Positions 48,768 to 56,558 of a stretch of DNA of 64,000 nt are shown one piece after another. Source of the stretch: a virus; the IMG/VR virus record IMGVR_UViG_3300002835_000024. One strand, 5' to 3'. Position 1 is the stretch's first letter. The number at the start of each line of letters is the position of its first letter. Both the position numbers and the translations under genes were made by a program. The notes beneath the pieces were generated by a model. The model saw only the letters and a program-made list of their open reading frames with translations. It was not told where the DNA came from and ran no database searches.

Positions 48768-48875
48768 ATGGGGCTCGCTGGGCTTAAACCCAGCGATGCC
48801 ATGTTTGTTGCGAAAGTCAGCTTAGTGCGCTGACGCCCCAAAACACGACTTTGTTGCATTTTTAAGCGCCTGGTT

Positions 48876-48905
48876 GGGCTTGTAGCTCAATTGGTTAGAG
48901 CCGAC
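48876..48905 (+). pseudogene. 5' fragment of a disrupted tRNA
   Basis: GGGCTTGTAGCTCAATTGGTTAGAGCCGAC; acceptor strand pairs with the fragment at 49516-49538. Confidence 0.8.
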
Positions 48906-48953
48906 TGTAAATTTTGTTATTTTATAAATAAGTCATAGGTTTGGAGAAATTCT

Positions 48954-49457
48954 ATGTATACTGTTTATAAGATAACAAATTTGGTCAACCAAAAATATTA
49001 CATCGGCGTCCACAAAACAGATAACCCATATGATTCTTATATGGGGTCTGGATATGCAGTAAAATCCGCCATCAAAAAACACGGCAGAAAGAATTTTATA
49101 AAGGAAATTCTTTTTACCACAGTTGATAAAGAAGAAGCTTACGCTTTCGAGAAAAAATTAACTGAAGATTATATGACAAGAGATTCATATAATATGAAAA
49201 TTGGTGGCGTTGGAGGGTTTTCTAGAGAGAACGCTTTAAAGGGGCATGCCGCTTCTCTAAAGAAATTAACAAAACAACAACGTTCTGATAATGGAAAACT
49301 TGGTTACGCTGCAATGCTTCCCAAAATCAATCTAAATGAGATTGGCAGAAGGGGAGGTCAGGCTAACAGAGGCAAACCAAAATCCGAAGCGCATAAAGAA
49401 AAACTTCGGCAAGTTTGGAGAGACAAAAAAATAAGGGCGAGTCGCCAAGAGGTCTAA
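48954..49457 (+). CDS. GIY-YIG homing endonuclease (Seg-like) with late promoter 48923-48930
   Basis: VYKITN-KYYIGVH, YMGSG, YN-GG; NUMOD3-like KSEAHKEKL. Confidence 0.9.
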   Translation: MYTVYKITNLVNQKYYIGVHKTDNPYDSYMGSGYAVKSAIKKHGRKNFIKEILFTTVDKEEAYAFEKKLTEDYMTRDSYNMKIGGVGGFSRENALKGHAASLKKLTKQQRSDNGKLGYAAMLPKINLNEIGRRGGQANRGKPKSEAHKEKLRQVWRDKKIRASRQEV

Positions 49458-49511
49458 GGCCGCCACCTCATAAGTGGTTCATCGCAGGTTCAAATCCTGC
49501 CTCGCCTACCA
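49435..49511 (+). tRNA. tRNA-Met/Ile2(CAT)
   Basis: Cloverleaf GGGCGAG/CTCGCCT, loop CTCATAA, GTTCAAATC, CCA; overlaps the endonuclease 3' end. Confidence 0.85.
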
Positions 49512-49515
49512 TTTT

Positions 49516-49538
49516 TTCAAGTCCAGCCGAGCCTACCA
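49516..49538 (+). pseudogene. 3' fragment of the disrupted tRNA
   Basis: TTCAAGTCCAGC-CGAGCCT-ACCA. Confidence 0.75.
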
Positions 49539-49572
49539 GACGCTTAAATGTGCAACAACGAAAGGAAAGCTA

Positions 49573-49857
49573 ATGACCGTTGCCAACTTTGTCTCGAAAA
49601 AACCCTACTCGGGTCAAAACGTGGACATCCTTGAAGCTGCCGTGGAAGCTCGTGAGTTTAGCTCGAACTTCTTCCTGACTTATCGGCAAGCTCAAGAAAA
49701 CGGCTTCCAAGTCCGTAAGGGCGAATCGGGATTCATGATCACTCGTGTGGTTCTGGTTGAGGAAGCTGATAAGAAAACTGGTAAGAAGCGCATGATGAAA
49801 CGCCCAAAGCATTTCACAGTGTTTAACCTTGATCAGTGCGATAAAGTGGAAGCCTAA
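49573..49857 (+). CDS. ArdC-like N-terminal ssDNA-binding domain (DUF1738)
   Basis: PYSGQN, TYRQAQ-G-QVRKGE, FTVFNLDQ; AAGGA RBS. Confidence 0.8.
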   Translation: MTVANFVSKKPYSGQNVDILEAAVEAREFSSNFFLTYRQAQENGFQVRKGESGFMITRVVLVEEADKKTGKKRMMKRPKHFTVFNLDQCDKVEA

Positions 49858-49920
49858 GCTTCCATCTGACCCCAGTGGAAACCCACTGGGGTACAGGCGT
49901 AGTTGAAATGGAGAAAATGA

Positions 49921-50166
49921 ATGCAAACCGAAACGTCCAACGTAGAAGTCTTCGCTCTTATTGCAAGGCTTGAATGGAACGATTTCGAAGACTCTGACTA
50001 TCAGTCTTTCTCTGGCGTAATAAGCAAAACGCCTCTGATTGCTGAAGATGAAGAGCTTCAACTCATCTATGTCCTAGATGATCAGGTTCTGCAGGTGCTC
50101 GACTCCCGTGGTAATGTGAAGAAAATATACACTCTTCGCGCCACTGAAGCGATCAGAGCTCTGTAA
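49921..50166 (+). CDS. Hypothetical early protein
   Basis: GGAG RBS after hairpin 1. Confidence 0.65.
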   Translation: MQTETSNVEVFALIARLEWNDFEDSDYQSFSGVISKTPLIAEDEELQLIYVLDDQVLQVLDSRGNVKKIYTLRATEAIRAL

Positions 50167-50223
50167 TCTGCCTACCCCTACGCAAAAGCGTGGGGGTTTT
50201 GGCGTGTCTAATGGAGAAAAACT

Positions 50224-50448
50224 ATGTTTTCTAACTGGAAATACCGTGTATATGATACGGTAGAAAAGAAATATGCCATCAAGAAACGTTATGCTTCTGA
50301 TGCAGAAGCAATGGTCGCTGTAGAGCGTCTAAGACGTAGGCATAAAGACAGTCCCTTTGGCAGGTTCATGGTTCTTGTCGATCCTGGTATAAAGAAAAAA
50401 CGCCATAGTGACTATTATCAATCCCGAATCGTCTATGTCGGTGATTGA
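50224..50448 (+). CDS. Hypothetical early protein
   Basis: GGAG RBS after hairpin 2. Confidence 0.65.
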   Translation: MFSNWKYRVYDTVEKKYAIKKRYASDAEAMVAVERLRRRHKDSPFGRFMVLVDPGIKKKRHSDYYQSRIVYVGD

Positions 50449-50503
50449 TTCCTTACCCCAGCGAAAACTCGCTGGGGTCAAGGCGTAGTTAGGAGTGTGT
50501 AAC

Positions 50504-50605
50504 ATGAGAAATATAAACTGGGGTTTCATTTTCGGAATGCTATTCTGTGTGGCCTTTTGGCTATCAGTTATTGTTTCGATCAACATCTTGATTCAAGGAA
50601 ACTAA
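50504..50605 (+). CDS. 33-aa single-TM peptide (not in ORF track)
   Basis: AGGAG RBS after hairpin 3; MRNINWGFIFGMLF... Confidence 0.5.
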   Translation: MRNINWGFIFGMLFCVAFWLSVIVSINILIQGN

Positions 50606-50607
50606 TT

Positions 50608-50829
50608 ATGGAAACCTTTACCGTAGACAACGCTGCTATGGGTCGAGCCAAGGTCTGGGAATACAAACAGGAAGAAACTGTTCGTGAAATTCCCTGCCAG
50701 GGCTGTAAATTCATTGTTCGATGCACTGATTCGCTCACTGATTGCTTCGCCTTCAGGCGTTGGACTCATAGTGGTAACTACAGCGATCGCCAGATCAACC
50801 ATCTGGTTCGTCCTTTTGAAACGGAGTAA
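50608..50829 (+). CDS. Cys-rich hypothetical protein
   Basis: AAGGA RBS; PCQGC, C, C. Confidence 0.55.
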   Translation: METFTVDNAAMGRAKVWEYKQEETVREIPCQGCKFIVRCTDSLTDCFAFRRWTHSGNYSDRQINHLVRPFETE

Positions 50830-50832
50830 ATT

Positions 50833-51096
50833 ATGATCAATCGCAAACTCAAACTCATCGAAGAAAAAGGATCTATCAATACTCTTCGATTCGTCAACGA
50901 GATGACAAAACTTCCAGTTGGAATCATCTATAAGACGAGAGACGAAAAAGGAATACTCTGGCAAGTTGAAGCCTTTGATGACTTCAACGGCAAGACCAAG
51001 GGATTCCGAAGCTTGGAAGCGGCAAGATATTACTTGTGCGCTTTCGCCGTTGAGGCTTGGGAAGAAGAAGTCGCAGAGATGCGATTTGCGAGTTAA
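50833..51096 (+). CDS. Hypothetical protein
   Basis: GGAG RBS. Confidence 0.6.
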   Translation: MINRKLKLIEEKGSINTLRFVNEMTKLPVGIIYKTRDEKGILWQVEAFDDFNGKTKGFRSLEAARYYLCAFAVEAWEEEVAEMRFAS

Positions 51097-51161
51097 ACTC
51101 CTCACCCCACTGGAAACCCAGTGGGGTCGAGGCGTAGCTAAAGCATGTATGGAGAAAAATA

Positions 51162-51539
51162 ATGCTTCCTGCTGGTGAATACTATATCGGTGATCTTTGC
51201 TACGTCATTGATGACGAGAATTGGGATAACTTCTGTGCAATGACTTGTTTCGGGAACCATGTTCTCGATGGCGAGTTTAATTTCCAGGGTACTGCTATCG
51301 CTTGCTACGGAACTATGTACGGCGATGGTTGCTACAGAGATCAAACGGGCCACGAATATCCTGTGGATGCTGGTTTGATTGGTTGTATCCTTCTGAGCGA
51401 AATCACCAAACCAGAAGGTGTCGAACATGGAAGGGTTGTCACTTTTGAGAGATCTTTCAGAACGTTCAGTTATAGAGGCGTCATCGGGTTCGATAACGTC
51501 CAAATCGACACCAGCGATAACGAAAAAGACGAATATTAA
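51162..51539 (+). CDS. Hypothetical phage protein
   Basis: YYIGDLCYV, GDG-Y, VDAGLIG; after hairpin 4. Confidence 0.7.
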   Translation: MLPAGEYYIGDLCYVIDDENWDNFCAMTCFGNHVLDGEFNFQGTAIACYGTMYGDGCYRDQTGHEYPVDAGLIGCILLSEITKPEGVEHGRVVTFERSFRTFSYRGVIGFDNVQIDTSDNEKDEY

Positions 51540-51560
51540 CGAAAAATATTCGTCCCTGCA

Positions 51561-51750
51561 GAAAAAACCTAATAAAATCAGTCCAACATTACGAAGATTT
51601 AATGTTGGAGGGGTTTACTTCCTCGTTCGATAGGGTAGAATGGTTGTGTTCTGGAAGGGTTCAGTGACTATCGAGACCTGCCTTCGGGCACTCCCAGTTC
51701 CACTGTTTGACATTGTAGAGAGACTGACGCGACCTCCGCCTAGGAGGCGC
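51561..51750 (+). promoter_or_regulatory. Early promoter/leader copy 2: palindrome, TTTACT-N16-TAGAAT, UUCG hairpin, boxA-like ACTGTTTGACA
   Basis: Homologous to 48558-48767. Confidence 0.65.
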
Positions 51751-51830
51751 AATTGCCGACCTCACCCCAGTGGAAACCCACTGGGGTAGAGGCGTAGCTA
51801 GCAATCAGGCTAGAATGAGGAAACTTGATT

Positions 51831-51992
51831 ATGAAAAATGCGAAAAAAGCTGCTGCTCCGTTTGTTATCAAGCACAAGAATGCCAGGACTGGCCAGACTT
51901 TTGTGCTGACGTATACTGATGGTGAAGTTGCGCGTCGCGCTTCTGCTTACTTCACCGAACTCGGTATCGAACATAAGCTGATCGCTGCTTAA
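51831..51992 (+). CDS. 53-aa basic protein (not in ORF track)
   Basis: GAGG RBS after hairpin 5. Confidence 0.6.
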   Translation: MKNAKKAAAPFVIKHKNARTGQTFVLTYTDGEVARRASAYFTELGIEHKLIAA

Positions 51993-52041
51993 TTACCCGC
52001 CCACCCCACTGGAAACCCAGTGGGGTCGAGGCGTAGTTAGA

Positions 52042-52230
52042 ATGGAGAAACTTATGTCTAAGATGGCTATCTTCTTTCAAGAAACTGGTGAAGAAGGAAT
52101 CATCCACTATAATGATGGGGAAACCCTAGAACAGCTTCTAGAGCGTTCTCCCCCTGAGTGGCGATATCGCTACACAGAAACTCCTCGTCGTTATCAGTAC
52201 GATCCTGATCGTGATGATTACGATTACTGA
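52042..52230 (+). CDS. Hypothetical protein (start probably 52054)
   Basis: After hairpin 6. Confidence 0.55.
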   Translation: MEKLMSKMAIFFQETGEEGIIHYNDGETLEQLLERSPPEWRYRYTETPRRYQYDPDRDDYDY

Positions 52231-52301
52231 TCGACCTCACCCCAGTGGAAACCCACTGGGGTAGAGGCGTAGCTGAATTAGCAGCAAATGGAGAATATTG
52301 A

Positions 52302-52532
52302 ATGGCTAAGTCCCGTGTCCAACGCATCCGCAGCCTTGCTAACGCTTTCGAGCGTATCACTCGCGGTGTGATCGTTACGGATAATCTCCTCAATACCTAC
52401 TTCGATAAGAAAGCTGATGAGATAGAGGCGTTCAACGCCGAGCTCACTGATGTTCTTACTACGAAAGAGGAGCTCGTCGAGCCTACCGAAACGGTAGTTC
52501 GCGCAGCGAAACGACGTAAGAAAAGGTCGTAA
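52302..52532 (+). CDS. Hypothetical protein
   Basis: GGAG RBS after hairpin 7. Confidence 0.65.
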   Translation: MAKSRVQRIRSLANAFERITRGVIVTDNLLNTYFDKKADEIEAFNAELTDVLTTKEELVEPTETVVRAAKRRKKRS

Positions 52533-52593
52533 CGCCCAACACCCCAGCAGAAACCTGCTGGGGTAGAGGCGTAGTTGAAAGAAGGAAATCGAT

Positions 52594-52812
52594 ATGACCT
52601 GTCTTAAAACTATCTGCGAACTCGCCGCCAAAGTTGGTGTCGATTTAACTGGTAAGCTGACTCGTTCAGAAATGAGACGAGTGATATGGGATCATTATGA
52701 CGAGAAGCATCGCGAAGCTTATGCTGCTGGTCTGCGTGATCTAATATGGATAACTCAAGCTGATATTGATCTGCTTGATTCTTTAGAAATTAGCAGCTTC
52801 AGAAAGCCTTAA
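52594..52812 (+). CDS. Hypothetical protein
   Basis: AAGGA RBS after hairpin 8. Confidence 0.6.
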   Translation: MTCLKTICELAAKVGVDLTGKLTRSEMRRVIWDHYDEKHREAYAAGLRDLIWITQADIDLLDSLEISSFRKP

Positions 52813-52821
52813 TTTCCTTGA

Positions 52822-52909
52822 GCGGGCGTGGCGAAATTGGTAGACGCACCAGACTTAAAATCTGTTAGGCCGTAGGCCTGTGTCGGTTCGAGTCCGATCG
52901 CCCGCACCA
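52822..52909 (+). tRNA. tRNA-Leu(TAA)
   Basis: Long variable arm, loop CTTAAAA, GTTCGAGTC, CCA. Confidence 0.93.
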
Positions 52910-52914
52910 ATTAA

Positions 52915-52989
52915 GGTCCCTTCGTCTATCGGTTAGGACGCTAGGTTTTCAACCTAGAAAGACGGGTTCGACTCCCGTAGGGACTACCA
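52915..52989 (+). tRNA. tRNA-Glu(TTC)
   Basis: Loop TTTTCAA, GTTCGACTC, CCA. Confidence 0.93.
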
Positions 52990-53056
52990 ATCACATAACC
53001 TTCGCCCCAGCGAAAACTCGCTGGGGTAGAGGCGTAGCTAGAATGGAGAAAAACAT

Positions 53057-53917
53057 ATGCTACTTCGAATATTCGGAGTTGTTCTGATCGTTGCTGGTTT
53101 CGGTCTGGCAGCGATATCTGGCTATCTGGCGTATTTCGGTTTTGAGCACACCATCAAGCTGCCATTTATCGGTATGATTGGTCCCTTCGTGGCCCTTTCG
53201 CTGGCTTCTCTCGGCGTTGCCGTCGAGGTTGCCTTTCGTCGCCGTAAGTGGTTGGCCTTCGTGCCCCTGTTCGCTCTGATGGTTGTTGCTGGTTTGATCG
53301 ATAAGAATGGTGGCGAGATCGCCCTCAAGAATATCGTCAACGACGCGACCCAAGGTGACTCTGACCGTAATACTGCCTATAGTACAGCTCTTTCTACCAA
53401 AGCCGATCTTGAGAAACAGATCGCAGACCTTGAGGCTGAATACAAGGTTATGACTGGTAGCGATATCGCTGCCGCCCAGGAAGTCCTGTTGGCGCGTGGT
53501 CTGTATGTTGATGCGGCTGGAAATCCGATGCCCATCGACGGAAAGCGTGGCCCCTTTACGTTGAAAGCTATGGCTGATCGTGGAAAGGCTATCACTGCGG
53601 AACTGGGTAATGTCCGTAGTGATCTTAAGAGTGCGACGGCAACGGTCGCCTCTGGTGCTGCAGTTACTGAAGCACCCTTTACCCTCCACCAAGCAGAGCT
53701 CTATGCTCTGATGATCACAGTCATGTCTGTGCTCTTTGCGATGGCTGGTTCTTTCGTTTACGGCGGTTTCGGCGACGATGAGCCGAATATCGATGAAGAA
53801 ATCGAGCAGGTCGAAGAAATTGCTTCCAAGATGGAAAACAATATCGTTCGCCTTGCAGAGCACTTCGGTGCCTTCGAATTCGACGATGAGCCTGCAGCCA
53901 AGCGCAAGCGTGGATAA
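53057..53917 (+). CDS. Multi-TM membrane protein with coiled coil and peptidoglycan-binding-like motif
   Basis: Three N-terminal TMs, AQEVL-RGLY...IDGKRGPFT, C-terminal TM; after hairpin 9. Confidence 0.65.
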   Translation: MLLRIFGVVLIVAGFGLAAISGYLAYFGFEHTIKLPFIGMIGPFVALSLASLGVAVEVAFRRRKWLAFVPLFALMVVAGLIDKNGGEIALKNIVNDATQGDSDRNTAYSTALSTKADLEKQIADLEAEYKVMTGSDIAAAQEVLLARGLYVDAAGNPMPIDGKRGPFTLKAMADRGKAITAELGNVRSDLKSATATVASGAAVTEAPFTLHQAELYALMITVMSVLFAMAGSFVYGGFGDDEPNIDEEIEQVEEIASKMENNIVRLAEHFGAFEFDDEPAAKRKRG

Positions 53918-53983
53918 TCGACCCGTAAGGGTGGCACTACCTCTACCCCTGCTCAAACGAGTGGGGGTAGAGTCGTAGTTAGA

Positions 53984-54313
53984 ATGGAGAAACAAATGGC
54001 TGATATTGAAATTGTTGCATCTGATGGACATGGAATCTACCTTCCTCAGCATGTCGCCGGATCTTGCGGCGCTGAGTTGTTTCCGATAAGGAACAACCCA
54101 AAGAATGCAAACCAGCTTAAAGAATGCATCAACATTCTTATGAGTGGTCCTACAAACAACGACTATTGGGAAGCTTGGCACTGGGTGTTGGATAATGCCT
54201 GCATAAAAGTCAATCGTTCGCGTTGGTCTCTTTACCAAGACGGAGATTGTTGGGCTATTCCAATGAACAAAAAAGGTCGTCAAGAGGCCGCAAAATTGTT
54301 TGGCTGGGAATAA
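53984..54313 (+). CDS. Hypothetical phage protein (start probably 53996)
   Basis: GIYLPQ, GP-YWEAW, LYQDGD; after hairpin 10. Confidence 0.65.
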   Translation: MEKQMADIEIVASDGHGIYLPQHVAGSCGAELFPIRNNPKNANQLKECINILMSGPTNNDYWEAWHWVLDNACIKVNRSRWSLYQDGDCWAIPMNKKGRQEAAKLFGWE

Positions 54314-54510
54314 TGGAGAAATATATGATAACGCAGACACGTTATGAGATATTTGGTGAGCTCAAAAACGGAGAGGTTGTTCACTGTTTCGTTTGGCGAG
54401 GAACTCCTGAAGATGGTATTCGCCGAGCCGAGAGAGACGCAAGACTTTTCGGTAAATCTTTTAAAAGGTTTTGGAGCCAACCTATTCAGGTTCAACAAAC
54501 ATTCGTCTAA
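54223..54510 (+). CDS. Hypothetical protein (start probably ~54325)
   Basis: ATGGAGAAAT RBS before MITQTRY. Confidence 0.5.
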   Translation: MVSLPRRRLLGYSNEQKRSSRGRKIVWLGIMEKYMITQTRYEIFGELKNGEVVHCFVWRGTPEDGIRRAERDARLFGKSFKRFWSQPIQVQQTFV

Positions 54511-54513
54511 ATT

Positions 54514-54542
54514 AAAACCCAGCCCAGCGCTGGGTTTTTTTT
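54514..54542 (+). terminator. Rho-independent terminator ending the hairpin-array operon
   Basis: AAAACCCAGC-CCAGC-GCTGGGTTTT followed by T-tract. Confidence 0.8.
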
Positions 54543-54551
54543 CATTTTTGT

Positions 54552-54580
54552 TTGACTTCTCGGAATCAATAAGGTATAAT
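54552..54580 (+). promoter_or_regulatory. Sigma70-like promoter TTGACT-N17-TATAAT
   Basis: Near-consensus. Confidence 0.75.
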
Positions 54581-54612
54581 TAATATGTTGTTTCGCTGAA
54601 TAGGATTATATT

Positions 54613-54927
54613 ATGTCTGACGACGTTTTCTATATTCGTACTGGTGATAAGATCGGTAAGCCTTTTCGGTTTGGGTTCTTTTCTAGATTGGCATTTCTGA
54701 GTTTCGTCATATACACTTCATATATCACATATGAATATTTTCGCGTTGATGCCATGAAAGCTGAGATAGCTAAACTGCGAAACTTTACCCAAGCTAAATA
54801 TAACTTGATAGAAAAATATGATGAAGCTATCGGTCAAATAAACTCAGCCAATATTGATTACGTCAACTTCATGCGTATGATAGAAAACGTCCAACAAACA
54901 GAGGATAAAGATGCAAAATCTCGTTAA
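54613..54927 (+). CDS. Single-TM hypothetical protein
   Basis: AGGA RBS, TM followed by coiled coil. Confidence 0.6.
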   Translation: MSDDVFYIRTGDKIGKPFRFGFFSRLAFLSFVIYTSYITYEYFRVDAMKAEIAKLRNFTQAKYNLIEKYDEAIGQINSANIDYVNFMRMIENVQQTEDKDAKSR

Positions 54928-55306
54928 TGAAAACTTAAAAAAAGCTCTAGAGCTCACACGTCTAGAAGAAACCATCAATAGAGATCTGAGCAGACTACGC
55001 GAAGAAATTAGTTTTATCGGAAAAACTGTTAACAGCAAAGTGCAGCAGCTGGAAAAAGTTAAAGCTGATATCATTGAGATTCAAAAAGAAACCAGCGCTT
55101 ATATTATGACAGGCAAGTGGCTTATGAAAGAAGAACCAGCTAAGGCTGATGTCTTATCTGGCATACCAGCTACTTCAGCCGCTGTGATACTTCCCGCTCT
55201 TCATAGGAATAGTCTTTGGAACTCTTTGAAAAATACGCTCAAAAATATATGGAATTTCTTCTCGAAGAAGCGAAAGGTCAAGAACCAGTCAAATCCAGTA
55301 GAATAA
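54911..55306 (+). CDS. Coiled-coil hypothetical protein
   Basis: GAGG RBS. Confidence 0.55.
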   Translation: MQNLVNENLKKALELTRLEETINRDLSRLREEISFIGKTVNSKVQQLEKVKADIIEIQKETSAYIMTGKWLMKEEPAKADVLSGIPATSAAVILPALHRNSLWNSLKNTLKNIWNFFSKKRKVKNQSNPVE

Positions 55307-55629
55307 GAGCAGGTCTGGTTTATAAAAATCAACTTCTTTGTGTTGGTCAGAATAAACTAAAAAGCCATCCGTTTCAGAAAAGATTTGGTAAAAACGAATC
55401 GGCTATCTATCTTCATGCTGAAGTTGATTGTATTGTAAACGCTATCCGCAGTAATATCCCTCTTTCTGATATCTCAAAAAGCAGTTTGATCGTGGTTCGA
55501 ATTAAGAAAAATGTCAACGAGTGGATAGTAGCTACAGCAAAACCTTGTTCTGGTTGCCAGAGAGCTATAGCTCATTTCGATATAAACAAAGTTTTGTATA
55601 CAACAGACAACGGAACTGATTATTTATGA
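55216..55629 (+). CDS. Cytidine/deoxycytidylate deaminase-family protein (start probably 55249)
   Basis: HP-Q, LHAE, KPC-GC. Confidence 0.75.
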   Translation: MELFEKYAQKYMEFLLEEAKGQEPVKSSRIRAGLVYKNQLLCVGQNKLKSHPFQKRFGKNESAIYLHAEVDCIVNAIRSNIPLSDISKSSLIVVRIKKNVNEWIVATAKPCSGCQRAIAHFDINKVLYTTDNGTDYL

Positions 55630-55719
55630 ATAAGAACCAACTGGTAGTTTATTCTCAGAAAATTAGATTGACTTTTTTGCAAAAAATAAGGTATTATATG
55701 TGGTTGCTGTTCGATAAGG

Positions 55720-56016
55720 TTGATGATGAGTCTCGATAAGTTTTTCGATATAGATGTTGCTGAAAAACAAAGACGTATATGTGTAGCTCTGTGGGCTTGG
55801 GCTTATGAGCAGCATTCAGATTCAATTGTCTCAGACGCTAAGTTTGACGACACCTGCAAAAGAATAGACACAAGTATTGAAACTGGCAACATTCTTTTGG
55901 ATAATTTTTTCAAAAGAGAATTTAGCCCCCATACTGGACAATGGGTACATAAGCATCCTGAGAAACACAAACTAGAAGCTTTATATCAAAGATTGAGAAA
56001 GACGAAAAATGGTTGA
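55720..56016 (+). CDS. Stand-alone protein resembling the N-terminal (Ia) domain of NAD-dependent DNA ligase
   Basis: AYE...IVSDAKFD pattern, F-P-TG-W. Confidence 0.5.
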   Translation: MMMSLDKFFDIDVAEKQRRICVALWAWAYEQHSDSIVSDAKFDDTCKRIDTSIETGNILLDNFFKREFSPHTGQWVHKHPEKHKLEALYQRLRKTKNG

Positions 56017-56227
56017 TGAGTTTATTGTTGGACACAAATATCGATTCGTTGGAAACAGATTACACCCAAGAAACTATTATGGTGCAACCAGCAACACGTT
56101 GTTTACTTGTGTTGCTTCTGGCGAAAGGTATGTCGTTTTGTATTGGGATGCCAGAGTTTGCGGTAAAAAAGAAACCACTATAGTTGCAGAACACGGAACG
56201 AATAACTGGACTTTGGTTGATCGCTAA
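56009..56227 (+). CDS. Hypothetical protein
   Basis: Coupled ORF. Confidence 0.45.
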   Translation: MVDEFIVGHKYRFVGNRLHPRNYYGATSNTLFTCVASGERYVVLYWDARVCGKKETTIVAEHGTNNWTLVDR

Positions 56228-56248
56228 ATAATAAAAGGAATTCGCTTC

Positions 56249-56554
56249 ATGAGGAACAACTCTATGGAAAAGAAAAGCCAAAGAAAAACAAAACGCAGAA
56301 CAGCTGCTTATAACGGAAAACCTTTGACTCTTCGATATAGAAAGCAGTTTCTTGAGCAGATGATGTGTGGCGAAACAAATTTGCCAGATCCATTTAATCA
56401 TCCAGTAGGAAACATACCAGACTACTTTATAGAGATTTTGCAGTCTACCTTTGATTATATGAAGCTTAAGAAAAATCAGGCCAAAGTTTATTATGATGAA
56501 GATGACGACAACGTTTACTTTAAGATTGTTCCCAATCTAGAGAAAACTCCTTAA
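56249..56554 (+). CDS. Hypothetical protein
   Basis: AAGGA RBS. Confidence 0.5.
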   Translation: MRNNSMEKKSQRKTKRRTAAYNGKPLTLRYRKQFLEQMMCGETNLPDPFNHPVGNIPDYFIEILQSTFDYMKLKKNQAKVYYDEDDDNVYFKIVPNLEKTP

Positions 56555-56558
56555 CAAT

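Larger units (their letters stand above)
49869..53978 (+). repeat. Ten dispersed 33-34-nt hairpin elements ACCCC-N5-AAAC-N5'-GGGGT-NNAGGCGTAG, each upstream of an RBS
   Basis: Starts at 49869, 50174, 50455, 51104, 51764, 52003, 52239, 52541, 53004, 53945. Confidence 0.92.

Noticed and set aside
48906-49515. Group I intron in a tRNA
   Set aside because: No intron core visible; the anticodon arm is deleted, so splicing could not restore the tRNA
49474-49572. N-terminal extension of the ArdC-like ORF in the track
   Set aside because: Overlaps the tRNA; the RBS supports ATG 49573
49869-53978. CRISPR array interpretation of the hairpin repeats
   Set aside because: Repeat-to-repeat distances are 236-941 nt and the intervening DNA encodes ORFs/tRNAs; no cas genes; repeat stems vary
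53060-54340. 426-aa minus-strand ORF
   Set aside because: Antisense shadow of RBS-supported plus-strand genes; no motifs
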